DNA of 58,474 nucleotides, the filler included, from Squatina squatina (Eukaryota): the NCBI GenBank assembly GCA_031763465.1. It is 3 parts of 3 records of this genome, joined end to end, with 100 filler letters (N's around TTAATTAATTAA, not from the genome) between each part and the next. Parts side by side here need not be neighbours in the genome. Positions count along the whole stretch, not along the records: positions 13,812 to 40,153 come from JARFOE010000120.1; 2 more parts are not named here. One strand, given 5' to 3'. This document shows, one piece after another, positions 22,920 to 35,763 of the stretch. A program made the translations under genes and the position numbers. Under the pieces are notes generated by a model. It was not told the origin of the DNA and did no database searches. It was given only the letters and a program-made list of their open reading frames with translations. Numbering within the stretch: position 1 is the stretch's first letter; each line of letters begins with the position of its first letter.

Positions 22920-23148
22920 TTTCTTCTGAGGATTGAATGTCTTTGGAATTCCTTGCCATAGAGAGCTGTGGNNNNNNNNNNNNNNNNNNNNNNNNNNNNN
23001 NNNNNNNNNNNNNNNNNNNNNNNNNNNNNNNNNNNNNNNNNNNNNNNNNNNNNNNNNNNNNNNNNNNNNNNCATGATCATATTGAATGGCGGAGCAGGCT
23101 CGAAGGGCCGAATGGCCTACTCCTGCTCCTATTTTCAATGTTTCTATG
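22920..23148 (+). mobile_element. CR1 3' end spanning a 100-N gap
   Basis: TCTTTGGAATTCCTTGCCATAGAGAGCTGTGG before the gap and CATGATCATATTGAATGGCGGAGCAGGCTCGAAGGGCCGAATGGCCTACTCCTGCTCCT after it are collinear with the 9623 copy. Confidence 0.8.
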
Positions 23149-25025
23149 ACTTAAACATTCAGCCAGCCCAACCTAAAACTAGACATTCCACCAGCAGCTG
23201 AGGGAAGCAGTGGCTACAGCAGGCTGAAAGTCAACCCCCGTCTTCACAATGCTCACAGGCTATAATTGTCCAGGTAATATTGGAAGAAGACAATTGTTAG
23301 AAAGCCTGAACCACTTGCTCAATTCAGATCTCTTCACTGGTAGCTGGGTTGCACGGAGTGACCTGTCCATGAGTGAGGTGTTCCATCGCAGTTTCCTCAC
23401 ACACCAGGTGGGCACAGGCACAGCAAAGTGTGAATTTTAGGGCCAATACATTTTATTCCAATGTTTTCACAAAAATAAGGCTAACGCCCTTCCTCTGGAC
23501 TTCGGTGGGTCATCTGGGGAGGAAAGATTTGAAGAATAAATGTGAGTGAGACTCAAAAACACACAATGCAGTTGAGGACGATACTAATATTTGCCACTTT
23601 GTGTGAGGAGCGGGGGCGGGGTGGGAGGAAGGGGTGGGGGAACCTTCTGAATTTGGGATTAAGGCAGGTTGGTGGGTCCGAGCACAGAGAGCATTGCTCT
23701 TCATCTGGCTGTGCTACATTTGACCTAGGGGTGCTTAGCACTGATACTAGGCACCCAAAATAGGAAAAGTAACACATTTGTCATCATTGCCCATGCTTCC
23801 CTTGATAAACACAAAAAATAAGAAAGGTCACAAAGAACTTAAATTCTGAAATAAAAATGAAAGTAATGTTACGTGACCAGAGGGAGGTCAGTATAGAATA
23901 AAGCTTAAGAAATGGGCCATTTTGTTTATGACAGGGCTCATGCAAAACAGTCACTAAGATCACATTTAAGGTATATAAATGATTTTCTTTTTGTTTCTAT
24001 CCCAATAATTACATTCTATCTTGCTTCCTTCTCCATGCTCATCATCATATGCAAGCAAGTCCTTTCTTTCTTTTAATCACCAACCATAGACACAAAATGG
24101 CTAATTTGGAGAGTATTTATAGCATTCTGTCCCTTACTCTGGCTATCTCTCTCCCTGTGAGGCTTCTTATCAGCACATAACCTTTTCCTCCAGCTGGGAG
24201 CAGGTGGATTATTCTAGACTGTGAAGTCGCTGGTGACCAACAACAATTCCCCTGCTAACAGTAAGAATGCTTGTAGCAGGATAAAATAGAAACGTATTAG
24301 TGGAACAAGGTGCCTTGATGGCTCCCAAAAAATTCAACAAGTGATAATCAGTACCATTCGAGATTACTTATTATGAAGGTCATAGTGTTACATGAAATCT
24401 TGGGTTTCAAAGCCTTTTCAGGATTGTCCTATTGTTGTTGACTATAGGGTGCAGAGCAACTTCAGGTGTCCTGCGTTGAGTTGTCTGGCACAAAATGAGA
24501 GCACGGCACAAAGTTCAATTCATCTGGAGGACAGAGGNNNNNNNNNNNNNNNNNNNNNNNNNNNNNNNNNNNNNNNNNNNNNNNNNNNNNNNNNNNNNNN
24601 NNNNNNNNNNNNNNNNNNNNNNNNNNNNNNNNNNNNNCTGATTGGGAGTGGCAGTTTCTCACAACAGGCATTGACCTACAAGGTATCTCTGTGAAAGGTG
24701 ATGAGAGAAAGCTGTAGGCATTGCTGGAGAGAGAGATTTTGGCTGCCCATTACAGCTGAGATGAAGGTTGCAAAAACCCTTGTGTATAAGTTTTATGTTA
24801 GGGATGCTAATCTAGGTTTATTATTACTGAGAGTCAGTAAAAAGGTCCTGTTACATTTTATTACTTTCTGTAACAAAGGCAGTGCCAGATAAAACTTTCA
24901 GTGAACAGATATCTATTGTACTAGTTTTCTGCTACTGTCGATGATTTTTAAGAAAACGTATTTATATTCTGTGCCCAAATTGCACAGTCTGATAAAGTGT
25001 TTACTCTCCTGCTGTCCAAAGACTT

Positions 25026-25660
25026 GGGGCTCGAAATTCATGATAGCCCCATTTGTGGGCGGTAAGATCCGGGAGGCTATACTGGGATTACTGCCCCCTG
25101 AAGGAAGTGGAGTGCTAGATCAAGCATTCCACTTCCTCCCTGGGGCGGGAGCGGGGCGCACGGCCCGGGAGCGGGGTGCACGGCCCAGCAGCGCTGCCGC
25201 ATACGAGGGGCTCTTCCCTGAATTAAAGGGAAGGGCCCAAAGCAGCATACCCTGCATAGTGGGAACCCACCCACCTGGACCAGCGGGGAGCGGGGGTGCC
25301 GCGCGATCATCAGAGTGCTGGGCTGAACGATCACAGCACCGACCCTGTGACCAAGGCAGGAAAAAANNNNNNNNNNCCCCTTTAATTTTTGCCAGGTACG
25401 CGTCCCCTGAAGCTGTCACAGTTATCACCTGGCGCAGCTTCAGGGGGTGAAACCCAATTTAGGTGCCGGGGCACTATCAGGGCGATGACGTCTCCGGGCG
25501 CAGGCAATCGGGGCGCAATGTCACAGCGCCGCTGCTAAACTCCTGCTGAATTTAGTGGGAATAATTTGCGGCGCTATGTCCGGTCACAAAATTATTTGTA
25601 CCCCGTTAGCGCCCCCCGGGGGTGCTAACGGGAGGTGCAAATGACCCCAATTTCTCTCCC
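25026..25660. mobile_element. GC-rich non-autonomous TIR element (PIF/Harbinger-like MITE; possibly two elements)
   Basis: Ends GGGGCTCGAAATT / AATTTCTCTCCC. Subterminal hairpin CCCGTTAGCGCCCCC-C-GGGGGTGCTAACGGG at 25602-25632. No clear TSD. Confidence 0.55.
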
Positions 25661-26346
25661 TTTTACTCCTCCAGGCACTATAGTTTTGCATGTAGAGCTG
25701 GCAACAGAGAAACTAATTAGCAGCTGCCCTTTTGGATTTTGGCCCATGCAAGGTTGTCAAGCATTAATCAGGTTGGACCCTCAACTACTTCTGGCTTCAA
25801 AATCACGTCAACAAACCTTCTGAAAAGTGAAGGATCACTCAGGCAGCAGAACAGTGCAAGATGCCATTGTGTATCTAGAGCGTAGGAGATCTTTACTGGC
25901 TGGTAAACATAACAGCAAAGGTGCACATTGCTTAAATAGACATTATTGCAAAATGCTAACTTGAAGTCAAATCTGAATCCACTAGGCTTTGTGTTAAATA
26001 TTGACAGCATGCTTCAGTGGTTTAATATCCCGCCTTTTTCACAGCGGGTAGCTCTGCAACAGAATCTTTTAAATGACAGTCAACAAACTCAAGGAGCAAA
26101 CAAGCTTTCAAGCCATAAAAATTATTACTGAGATAGAGTCCCTTTAGTTAGATTATGTAAAGAGCATTTGAAAAGGAAGGAAACATTAAAACAACAGCGA
26201 CCCACAAACCAAATATTAAACAGAGAATAATGGAGACCTGTGAGCTNNNNNNNNNNNNNNNNNNNNNNNNNNNNNNNNNNNNNNNNNNNNNNNNNNNNNN
26301 NNNNNNNNNNNNNNNNNNNNNNNNNNNNNNNNNNNNNNNNNNNNNN

Positions 26347-26715
26347 CAGTGGGGCTATCAGCGCGCACTGTTATTAAAGAGTAAATTGGACTGCTGGCGT
26401 CCACACCTGCGCAGCTAAACGCGGAGGTTTGGAGGTTGCTGTCTGACTTGTCTTGCGCCTCCACAAGCTGTGCTATCCTGGTACCTTGCTGAGAAACTCG
26501 GCACTGAAATCCATGTAAAGGCATGAAGTTGCGATACCTGCCCACTAGTTACCCACTAAACATGCCAGAAAAAGCTCGGGCTGTTGCATTCAGGTGTAAT
26601 TGAATTTTTAATGGCATTACCACCAAATAATCTCTCTGGCCCTGAAAATTGAATTTTACAAGTGTGGAGTCTCATTCCTTCAGAATTCAATTATTGGGGA
26701 TTTAAATTTTTTTTA
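26347..26715. mobile_element. Degenerate MITE-like DNA element fragment
   Basis: CpG-elevated patch next to a gap, resembling other shark non-autonomous elements. No termini resolved. Confidence 0.35.
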
Positions 26716-27649
26716 ACTTTTTTCCCACAAGACTATTTATGAAAAATCATAGGTTTGAAGATGACAGAATTTGAATACACTATATTCCGCACAATGGATA
26801 AAAGTAAAATATTCCTCCCACTATTGCTTGAATTAAATATTTATTAAAATTGCTCTGGAGTATTAATGTGGTTAGATGATGATGTTATCTCTCCTAATTG
26901 GTTTTGATAGTAGAATACAGCAGGTGCAAAAAGTACAAATGTCAGAAATGACATAAGACGTGATGCCTCTACTATTAAAATGCCAATTAGTGATAATAGG
27001 GTTTTCTGTGACTAGCTTATGTCAGACCCACCATTTATTTCTCACTTCTATATGTATTATGTGTGTCATCCAGTTGTATTAAAGAAGTCCGTCTTTAAAC
27101 TACATCTGTTTCAAGCTGCTGCAACAATTGGAATACTTATTAATAAAAAATAATATTCAGCACTTCTGACTGTCACTTCAAAAACTTTCTGTCAACTTCA
27201 GGAAGAACTGCTGGGCCTAATCCAGCAGTAGGTTTATTTTTATTGGGAATTCCAGGTGAAGGACTAAGACACATAGCTGAGGACAGGTGTCCAATCTATG
27301 GACCTAAGGTCGTGTGCTTCCCCCNNNNNNNNNNNNNNNNNNNNNNNNNNNNNNNNNNNNNNNNNNNNNNNNNNNNNNNNNNNNNNNNNNNNNNNNNNNN
27401 NNNNNNNNNNNNNNNNNNNNNNNNTCACTCAGTTAGGGTTTCAACCATTTCCAATGGCTGTTAACTGCAGTTGCCAGGCAACTTTGCTGGTGAACATGAA
27501 TTTTTGAAATAAATTTATAAAAAATAAAAAAAGAGCTTTAACGATGTTCGTGGGTGTAAAATACAGGCCCATCTTTTACTCTCGGTACCTGAAGGTTTCA
27601 TTATGCTCCCTGGCAGCAGCACTAACTCATACAAATTGGCCGTGTGGTG

Positions 27650-27790
27650 TCTTATCACATCTCTCAGAAATGCCTCAAACTGACTCATGTACGATGATTG
27701 TTTTGAATTGCAGTGACTGGTAAATTGGCAGCCATTTTGCACACATTAGATTCTGCAAATGGCAATGAAATGGCTGACCAGATACTCTGG
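27650..27790 (-). mobile_element. DeuSINE (Deu domain and tail) fragment
   Basis: Reverse complement TGGTCAGCCATTTCATTGCCATTTGCAG..TGTGTGCAAAATGGCTGCC matches the Deu domain seen at 38345-38410. Confidence 0.6.
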
Positions 27791-28420
27791 ATTTGGTGTT
27801 ACGCACTTTTAAGTGTCCAGTGGAAATCCATAAGCAGACTCAATTTACATTCTTTAAGTTCCAGTGAGCATTTAGCCTGCACCAAGTATAGCATTCCTTC
27901 AAACTCTTATTATTTATCTATCCACATTCAGGTATCGTAGTCGATGATTAAATAATGAGTATCCTGGAGTGATTTCAGGATTCCAGTTTATCTGCAGGTT
28001 CACATGTCGGTTATAAAGTGTTCAATTTTTGCCCTTGCAGTTTATAGTCATTGTCTGAACCTTATCATGAAAATACAACTTTGAAGTCATTCCAGTCCAC
28101 TTATTTATGATCAATTAAAATATATGCTTTGCAGGTCAGTCAGGTATTTTAGACAGTTGAATTTTGTTCTAATTGGTAACGCCCATCAAGATAAATGACA
28201 ATCAGTGTGCTTTGTGCTGCCGATGCATGAGGCCATTACCAAAATACAAAAATGTCAGACAGGGAAAAAGCTCAAGGCTCTACAGCTTGTTTCAGCTTTC
28301 TTCATTTCACTGGCAAATGGCTAAGGTCAAAGTTCAGACCCACTCCACAGGACGATGCCCTAAGAAACAAAATGTTCCTTGTCTTGACTTTACAGCTATC
28401 TTTAATTTCAAGAAGTCAAC

Positions 28421-28768
28421 CCGGAATGTCCCAGGTTTCATCTCCGATCTGTCCTTAGTTAACTGATCCAGTCAGGGGAGTTGGTAGGGTTGCTACAACC
28501 GGCCTCAGCACCTGTGGGCTACACAGGGGAAAATTAACAAGCATTCCCGCTCACAACTACTGCCCAGTGAACTCTGCTGGAAAGTGCAGGAGTGTAAATA
28601 CCATACAAGGCTAGAAAGTGATTCCGCTAGAATGCCCACATGAACGAATAACCTATTGAGGCAAACAAAGTTATCCACTAATATTGGGCACGGTACCAAA
28701 AACGTCTAACACCTATGGAACCAACCCTTGCATGAGTCAGCGGGTTTAGGAGAGGAGGAAGAAAACTC
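28421..28768 (+). mobile_element. Near-complete ancient tRNA-SINE (AmnSINE2-like)
   Basis: GTCCCAGGTTTCATCTCCG (B-box-like) ..TAGTTAACTGATC..GCTACAACCGGCCTCAGCACC..GGGGAAAATT..CTGCTGGAAAGTGC..GCATGAGTCAGC..AGGAGAGGAGGAAGAAAA. Family assignment recalled. Confidence 0.6.
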
Positions 28769-29067
28769 GAGACTAAAAAAGTTCTAAATCCAACAAACGG
28801 CATCTAATGGTTTCTGACTTGAACAAATGTGGTTTGTTTGACGTCAGTTAGCCCGTAAGCGGAGTTTAATAAACAACTGCTACACAGTTTTTTTTTCATA
28901 TGCTGGTATAAGTTGGATAAAGTTGATTGTTAATTAAAAAATCAGAGCATATGGAAGCTTTAACAAAGGTCTATCTTTTGGAGAGGCGATACATAATGAA
29001 TAATTTTAATATCAGCTCGACTGTTAGCAAGGAATGCGGTTTTCGCTTCTTATGATGCAACATCCAG

Positions 29068-29331
29068 ACCTACTTTGGTTCCCAGTCCGGCAACACCTCA
29101 ACTTTAAATTTCTCATCCTTGTCTTCAAATCCCTCCATGGTCTCACCCCTCTCTATGTAGCCTCCTCCAGTCCTACAACTCTATGCAATCTCTGTGCTCT
29201 TCTAATTCTGGACTCTCGCGCAGTCCTGATTTTAATCGCTCCACCACTGGCGGCCATGCCATCAACTGCCTCGGCTCTGGAATTCCCTCTCTCAACCTTT
29301 CTGCCAGTACTACTTCTCTCTCCTACTTTAA
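29068..29331 (+). mobile_element. L2-clade LINE ORF2 C-terminal fragment
   Basis: LLWFPVRQHLNFKFLILVFKSLHGLTPLY matches the L2 LHWLPVxxRIxFKIL..KxLHGLAPxY motif. Followed by RSTTGGHA..LWNSL remnants. Confidence 0.85.
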
Positions 29332-31129
29332 NNNNNNNNNNNNNNNNNNNNNNNNNNNNNNNNNNNNNNNNNNNNNNNNNNNNNNNNNNNNNNNNNNNNN
29401 NNNNNNNNNNNNNNNNNNNNNNNNNNNNNNNCGGTCTAAGTAAGTTAATGCAGTGGTTATCTTGTTAATAGACACATTGTTAATTGGAACTCTGCAATGA
29501 CAAGAAGGATTCATTAACAACATCTTCAGTAGTGTTGGTCAATAAAGATGATTAGGCAAAGGAATATTTTCCTTGCTGCCAGCATGTTGCTCTGAGAGCT
29601 TCTACTGCACACTGTTTGTCACCCCTTCAATGAAAACAAATGCATTCCAGAGAATGATTGAGGCCTGGCCCAGTGTTGTTCGGCATGAATGGGCACACTG
29701 TGCATGCCTGGGGTATAGCATCATAAAGGGATTATATTTCAAACTATGCTAGCTGTGTCATAGCTCAATGAACTTTAACCCGCTGCTGTGATATAGCAAC
29801 CCCCCCACCACCCCCACCAATGAATGTGGCGTAAAGGGGCACAAATGGTTTCACTGTGAGAACTGCAGTGAATACAGGTCCCAGTTCCATAATTACAAAG
29901 TATGAAGACTTAGGGTAACGCACTCTAAATAAAGAGAAATGTGGGCACCATGTGCGAAGGCATCATGTAGATTGTGATGTGCTTAGCTTTTATAAGCCTT
30001 CTGATATGAGTTCCATTGCAGGTCAGCTGGCCAGTTTGTTCATTGCTGGAATAAACCTATATTTGGATTAATACACCTCTGTGAATCCATTACTTTCCAT
30101 TTCTGTGGGTGCCCTGCTGTTGAAACACACATGCACCAGATGCAAGGACACTCACTACGAAGTACAGAGTGATGATTCTTTTTAATCAGTCACNNNNNNN
30201 NNNNNNNNNNNNNNNNNNNNNNNNNNNNNNNNNNNNNNNNNNNNNNNNNNNNNNNNNNNNNNNNNNNNNNNNNNNNNNNNNNNNNNNNNNNNNATATCAT
30301 GAACCTTGTGCTACCAAGAACATTGAACAGATTTGATTGACAAGTTCGTTAAACGGTGTTTTCTATATTTTGTTAGTATTTCCTATCACATCTGTTGCTC
30401 TGCATAAACATTGTCCAAATAAATGTATAAAGGATAGAAGCATTCCTTGTTTTCTTTCTTCCTGCTTGTCTTCCTTTGTTGGTCCATAAATTGAACAACT
30501 GACGGAATGCACGGAATAGTGTATGAAAGAAGGAACTTGCAATTATGTAACATCTTAATGCCAATATTTTCCTGCAGTAACTGTAGACAAACTCCGATCT
30601 TGTTTGAAAACAAATCTATCGCCATCAATACCCCTTGGCTTAGTCGTAAAAGGAATGGCTGCTGATACCACTGTAGACACTGAGCAGCGAGTCATCAATC
30701 ACTCGGCAAGGGATCAACTCCCAGAAACTCGCCACAGAAACGATATTCCGCTCAATCGTACTGTACAGGTAATGGGACATAAAGATTTACACGGCTTCAA
30801 CACCTGCTCTGTGCTAACAGACAAGCAATAGCATGAAATATGACAGAGGCTATCAGCCTCCAACACAGCAAATAAAATAAATCCATCGACTTCAGCAGCA
30901 TAAGCTGAAATACTGCTCCCCGCTCTCCTGGTCCACAGCACGTCCATTCTGCAGCAGAACAGAGACTTCATGTGAGATCCTGACTCTGCAAATGGGAATG
31001 GTAGCATNNNNNNNNNNNNNNNNNNNNNNNNNNNNNNNNNNNNNNNNNNNNNNNNNNNNNNNNNNNNNNNNNNNNNNNNNNNNNNNNNNNNNNNNNNNNN
31101 NNNNNNNCCGGAAGACCAGCGCGTAGATC

Positions 31130-31260
31130 ATGGCCAGCGTGCAGCAAGGCGAGAAGCAGCTCTTCGAAAAGTTCTGGAAGGGAACCTTCAAGGCGGTGGC
31201 CACTCCGCGCCCAGAAAGCATCATCGTCGCCAGCATCACAGCCCGGAAGACTCTGAGCAA
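31130..31260 (+). CDS. SRRM4: First coding exon of serine/arginine repetitive matrix protein 4 (nSR100), neural microexon splicing activator
   Basis: ATG at 31130 (ATCATGG, good Kozak) gives MASVQQGEKQLFEKFWKGTFKAVATPRPESIIVASITARKTLS, near-identical to the recalled human N-terminus MASVQQGEKQLFEKFWRGTFKAVATPRPESIIVASITARKPLP. The 131-nt exon ends at a consensus GTAAGT donor (31261, phase 2). Confidence 0.95.
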
Positions 31261-34249
31261 GTAAGTGTGCCTTTTCCCGTTTCTGAAAAGAAGGGTCAGA
31301 ATGTCGTAGGCCGTAGTACATTGGCAGACTATTGAAGATTTAATTGACCATCTGCTATAGTTAGAGCTAACCTACGTGCTGGAGTTGCTCAGTCACTCTG
31401 CCGATTGGAAGTGTCAGTTGTTATCCTGATCAGCCCGGTTTCCCCTGTCCATTGTACTGTTTGCAGGAAGACCCAGACTAGACAAGCAATGACACTCAGG
31501 GGGTGACAATGAAAAACGTTAGTGAAGCCAGAGTGGATGCTATCACCCTCATAGATAAGAACAAAGGATATCAAAAAATGGACAAGAATACTTCACTACT
31601 TCAATTCAAGTGACCATATTTTTAGGAGAATAAAGTTCATTACATCTTCTTCTCGGACTGACCATATTTTAAATCTATAAAAGCTTTATTAGCTCTGAGG
31701 TGTATGGGTTAAGTAAAAGCCTTATTGATAGATGATTGTTTATTCTTGAAGGGTGAACTAGACTTTAACAGATTTATGGATGAACTCAAATAATCAGAAG
31801 TGTGGTAGGAACATATAATGAGTGTTATTCAGAAACTGGATTTCATCAAAAGGTTTGAAGATTGAAGGCTTTGCTGAATGGTAAAAACAAATATATAGGA
31901 AACTATATTTCAACTGGTTATGATTAGCATATATTCATGGCTGTCCGCATGGTACACTAGAACCCAAATAGACCGTGGAAAGATGGTACTCTTGTATGAG
32001 TAGGGATTGATCTGTGTGTATCATACCGGGCTAACCAGCTGAGATGTACCAAGCTGTTTACAACGTGTCTCCAGTGACAACAACATATAGCCATTCATTT
32101 TCGATCAAACAACACACCATGTGAAGTAATAGCAGACAGAGTCAAATGCACACCTTTAAAAATAATGGGAAATATACAAAACCTTAACACAAGGCTGGGC
32201 AGGAACAAATTTTGCTTCCACTTGCATTTCAGCGCATATTGCACTATTGTCTGAGTCTGGGTTACAAGACAAACCTGATTACTGGCTAGTTTAACTCCCT
32301 TCTACTGCCCAACTCTAAGGAAAAGCTAAACGAGAAATAGTCTACTGTTGGAAGTAATACTGTCAAACAGATTCCCCTTTTCCCATTGTTAGGACTAGGT
32401 TATAGGGAAAGTTCAGCTCAGGAGAACAGAGTCCTGTGTGATTCAGTTTGTGGTGACCACCGCAAAGTACACATATAAGAGAAAGGATTACAGTGAAAGT
32501 GGTGTTAAGATTCCTGAAGCACACTTGGAGTCTACTCGGAAATCTTTAACTTCAGAGGAAATGTAGGCATCGGGCCCAGTGTATCTCCAGACTACCATTC
32601 CTAATTAATAAATGTAATGATTAGCTTGTGGAATATTTTGTATAATATAATTGTTAATATCAGAATTTCGAGAGCACTTAAAGCAGGTTAAATAATAAAT
32701 CAATTCCAATAAGGACGCATGCAGTGGATGCCCTATGTTGTTCTTTCCTTTGTAGCACTGTACAATCAATGCATTAGTTTGCGTGTGTATGTATGTCTGT
32801 GCTCCTGTTCGTTGTGTTGCTATGTCACTGGGAGTCCATTTGAATCTGCCTGCAGACTCCCTGTAGCACGCAGTTTGGCAATTAGTGCTGGCTCTTCGAC
32901 CCCCCACTTGTACATCTGACTTAACAGTGACACTGTATTCAGCACTGCTACAGCTGTCGGGTTTCTGCTGCCATTGTATCTACAAGCTGTTTCCTACCAG
33001 CCTGGGTTCATTAAAAATTCAGCTGATTTTGTGAGAGGAGGCCCAGGCATACAGCAGATGGCTTGCAGGCTGATACTAAGCTTGGCTTTTCTCCTCACCC
33101 TCAACAGATGCTCCTTAACTTTGATTTTAAGAGAAACAGTGCTGCAGAGCAATTCAAAAGAAACTTCCACCAAAGATTTTTTTTTTTAAATGGGCATTGT
33201 GTTTTTTTTGGGTGGGGAGCGGTGGGGTGGGGGGGGGAGTTGGAAGCGGGGCTGGGGAGTTGAAATTATGGATTCACAGGACAAACTAAAATGAAAGGAA
33301 GTACTATTAGCTTTCCTACCATAGGAACACAATGTTCTCACGCATGTACTGTACACTAGGTAATTGATGGATTTTAAACGAACGTTCTTTGTTGAAATCT
33401 ACACTTTTATTACATTCTCGACGGATGACAAGTTGTTCGCTCTATGCTGAGGCAACCGTGAACAGCTGTGATGAGTAACATCCTCATCCCTGCTAAACAG
33501 TGACTGAGAATTGACAGATAGGACATACTGTTTTTATAAGATATACAGAGATCTATCTTTTTTTTAAAAAAGACTAGCAATGCTTAGCATACAGTAAAGA
33601 AGCTGATGCCCATTTCTGTGTGACAGGTCTAAGTGTTGCCAGAATCTAAGATCTGAAGTAGAGACGGAGGAATTGTTTAGGTTGGTTCCGCCCCAGAATG
33701 TTTTCAGCTGCAGATTTAACTTTGAAGTGTGAACTGTTCCTGCCAGCATTATAACAAAACTCACTCTCCTGCCCACCGGGTTTCACACTGGTGCTGCAGT
33801 AATGGGTTCTGGCTGAGGGTGACACCGCAGTCTGTCNNNNNNNNNNNNNNNNNNNNNNNNNNNNNNNNNNNNNNNNNNNNNNNNNNNNNNNNNNNNNNNN
33901 NNNNNNNNNNNNNNNNNNNNNNNNNNNNNNNNNNNNTCTCCCTAATTAATGACCCAGTGAGGAAATCACATTCTCAGAGACTACTTTTCAAAGCCGTGTT
34001 TCTGTGCTTCATTAGCTGATCATTAATGGCACAGACAAACAGGCATTCTTCTGTTTTCCATTAAAATAGGAATTTCAGACCCCAAGAGAAGGAACTACCT
34101 TTGGTTGCACAATTATATAACCCCATCGTCAATTATATTACAAAAGAAAGTGAGACTTTATCATGAACAAAGTTCACTGAGCACAACAAAACCATCCTTT
34201 TACATAGACCAACCCCACCTACTTGCCATCTCGTGATATGCACCACTCT

Positions 34250-34560
34250 TTCTCTGTCCAGCGACCTATTTGTCTCCTGAAGCCATCATACCAACTATTA
34301 AAGGGTTCCATAATCACACACACACCACGAGGTGGTCACCCCAGCATGAGCGAATTCCTCATGAACCCCGGCCCCCTCCTTACGCCCAATTTTCAAATTC
34401 TTAACATTTGTTCCCTGCAATTTAAATTCTTTGCCACACTGAACATGTTGCCCAGGTCGTCTTTGTCAAACCCCTCCATAATCTTGAAAGCTTCAACCGG
34501 ATCATCTCAAATCCCTCTTTTTCAAGAAAATAGAGCTGAGTTTCCTTAGCCTTTCCTCAT
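34250..34560 (-). mobile_element. Old CR1 ORF2 C-terminal fragment
   Basis: Reverse complement gives EERLRKLSSIFLKKRDLR*SG*SFQDYGGV-like remnants, i.e. the frameshifted EERL..LFSLEKR.LR.D.VEAFKIMEGFD motif. Confidence 0.6.
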
Positions 34561-35549
34561 CACTGCACATTATTCTCTGCACACCCATGATAATACATAT
34601 TTTGGGGACGCTGCCACTGCAACAATGTTCGAATGAGTCTGTAAATTAAATTGCAAAGGCTCACGAAGCTTTTTTTGAAGGACAGGCCACCTTTTATAAA
34701 TAGCCTGAATGAGATTTTCTATAATCACACACAGAATGACTGGCAAACACGGCTAGGGTTCTATCCTGTATTCCAATCCTCCCTGAGTTAGCACTGGAAA
34801 TCATTGACAAGAATAGGCTATAATTACATTTCAAATTCAGGCAAGTAGAGTGCTTTGGGAGATGGCCAATTTCACAGAGTTCTCAGATTTATATTACATC
34901 ACTTTTGCAAGCAGACAGCTGTTGCGTACCTGTTACTGGTGAAGATAAATGGGGTCAAACTCTGAAATTTGATGTACAAGGTAATATGACAGAAAGACAT
35001 ACACCTACAGCGGTTTTATAGATCGTCAGGTACTATAATCTCCTTCTGCTGTAAAAATATAAAACATATAAAAATTAAATTCCAAGCAATAACTCCACTC
35101 TATTGGAAATACCATAACGTCCACTCACTGTTACATATTGTAAAATTAATTTCCATATTAAGCGATATCTAAATGATAAAGTCTATAATTCAGTAAGTNN
35201 NNNNNNNNTACTTCATTGCAACAACATAAGATTTTATTTGAACTGTTTAGGATTGTAAAAGAAATTCATGTTTTGCTTCTGTTCTTAGAAAATGTCTTTG
35301 CGTATTGAATGGTACATGTTCACCGTGGGTTAATCATCTGGGCGTTTGTTCAAATGGTCCTACCCAATCTGCTGATTCCAGCTGTGGTAGCAGTTGGAGC
35401 ATTGCAATTTAGAACGACCATGGGATCTGAATTTTGAGCGGTAACACAAAGCAGGCGATAGTGAATTGACAGCCCCATTCATACTCTGTCCAGATTTCTT
35501 TTCCGAGTCACTACCACCTGTTGTGCACGCCTGTGCGAGACGAATCCAT

Positions 35550-35763
35550 ACCCCAGTAAACCAGCCAGGCTTCCAGCGGCTGATCATTTCCCAAAGTCTG
35601 CGCTGGAAAGTACACGTGTGTGGGCATCAAGTCAGAATAGGATTTGGCCCAGCTGCGATCCCCTCCATCCCTACTTAGACTCACAGTTGGGTGAGGTGCA
35701 TGAGGGCAGCCACACCCGTGAAACCATAGCCCCACAAACGTCAGGAAAGGAGGGGAGAAATTT
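35550..35763 (+). mobile_element. AmnSINE2-like SINE fragment
   Basis: CAGCCAGGCTTCC..CTGATC..GCTGGAAAGTACACGTGTGTGG..CACCCGTGAAACCATA..AGGAAAGGAGGGGAGAAATTTG, shared with the 28421 and 52325 copies. Confidence 0.6.

Noticed and set aside
25026-25660. CpG-island promoter
   Set aside because: TIR-like ends and a subterminal hairpin point to a GC-rich MITE rather than a gene promoter.
30892-31321. Minus-strand ORFs over the SRRM4 exon
   Set aside because: Antisense shadows of a GC-rich coding exon, extended through an N-gap.
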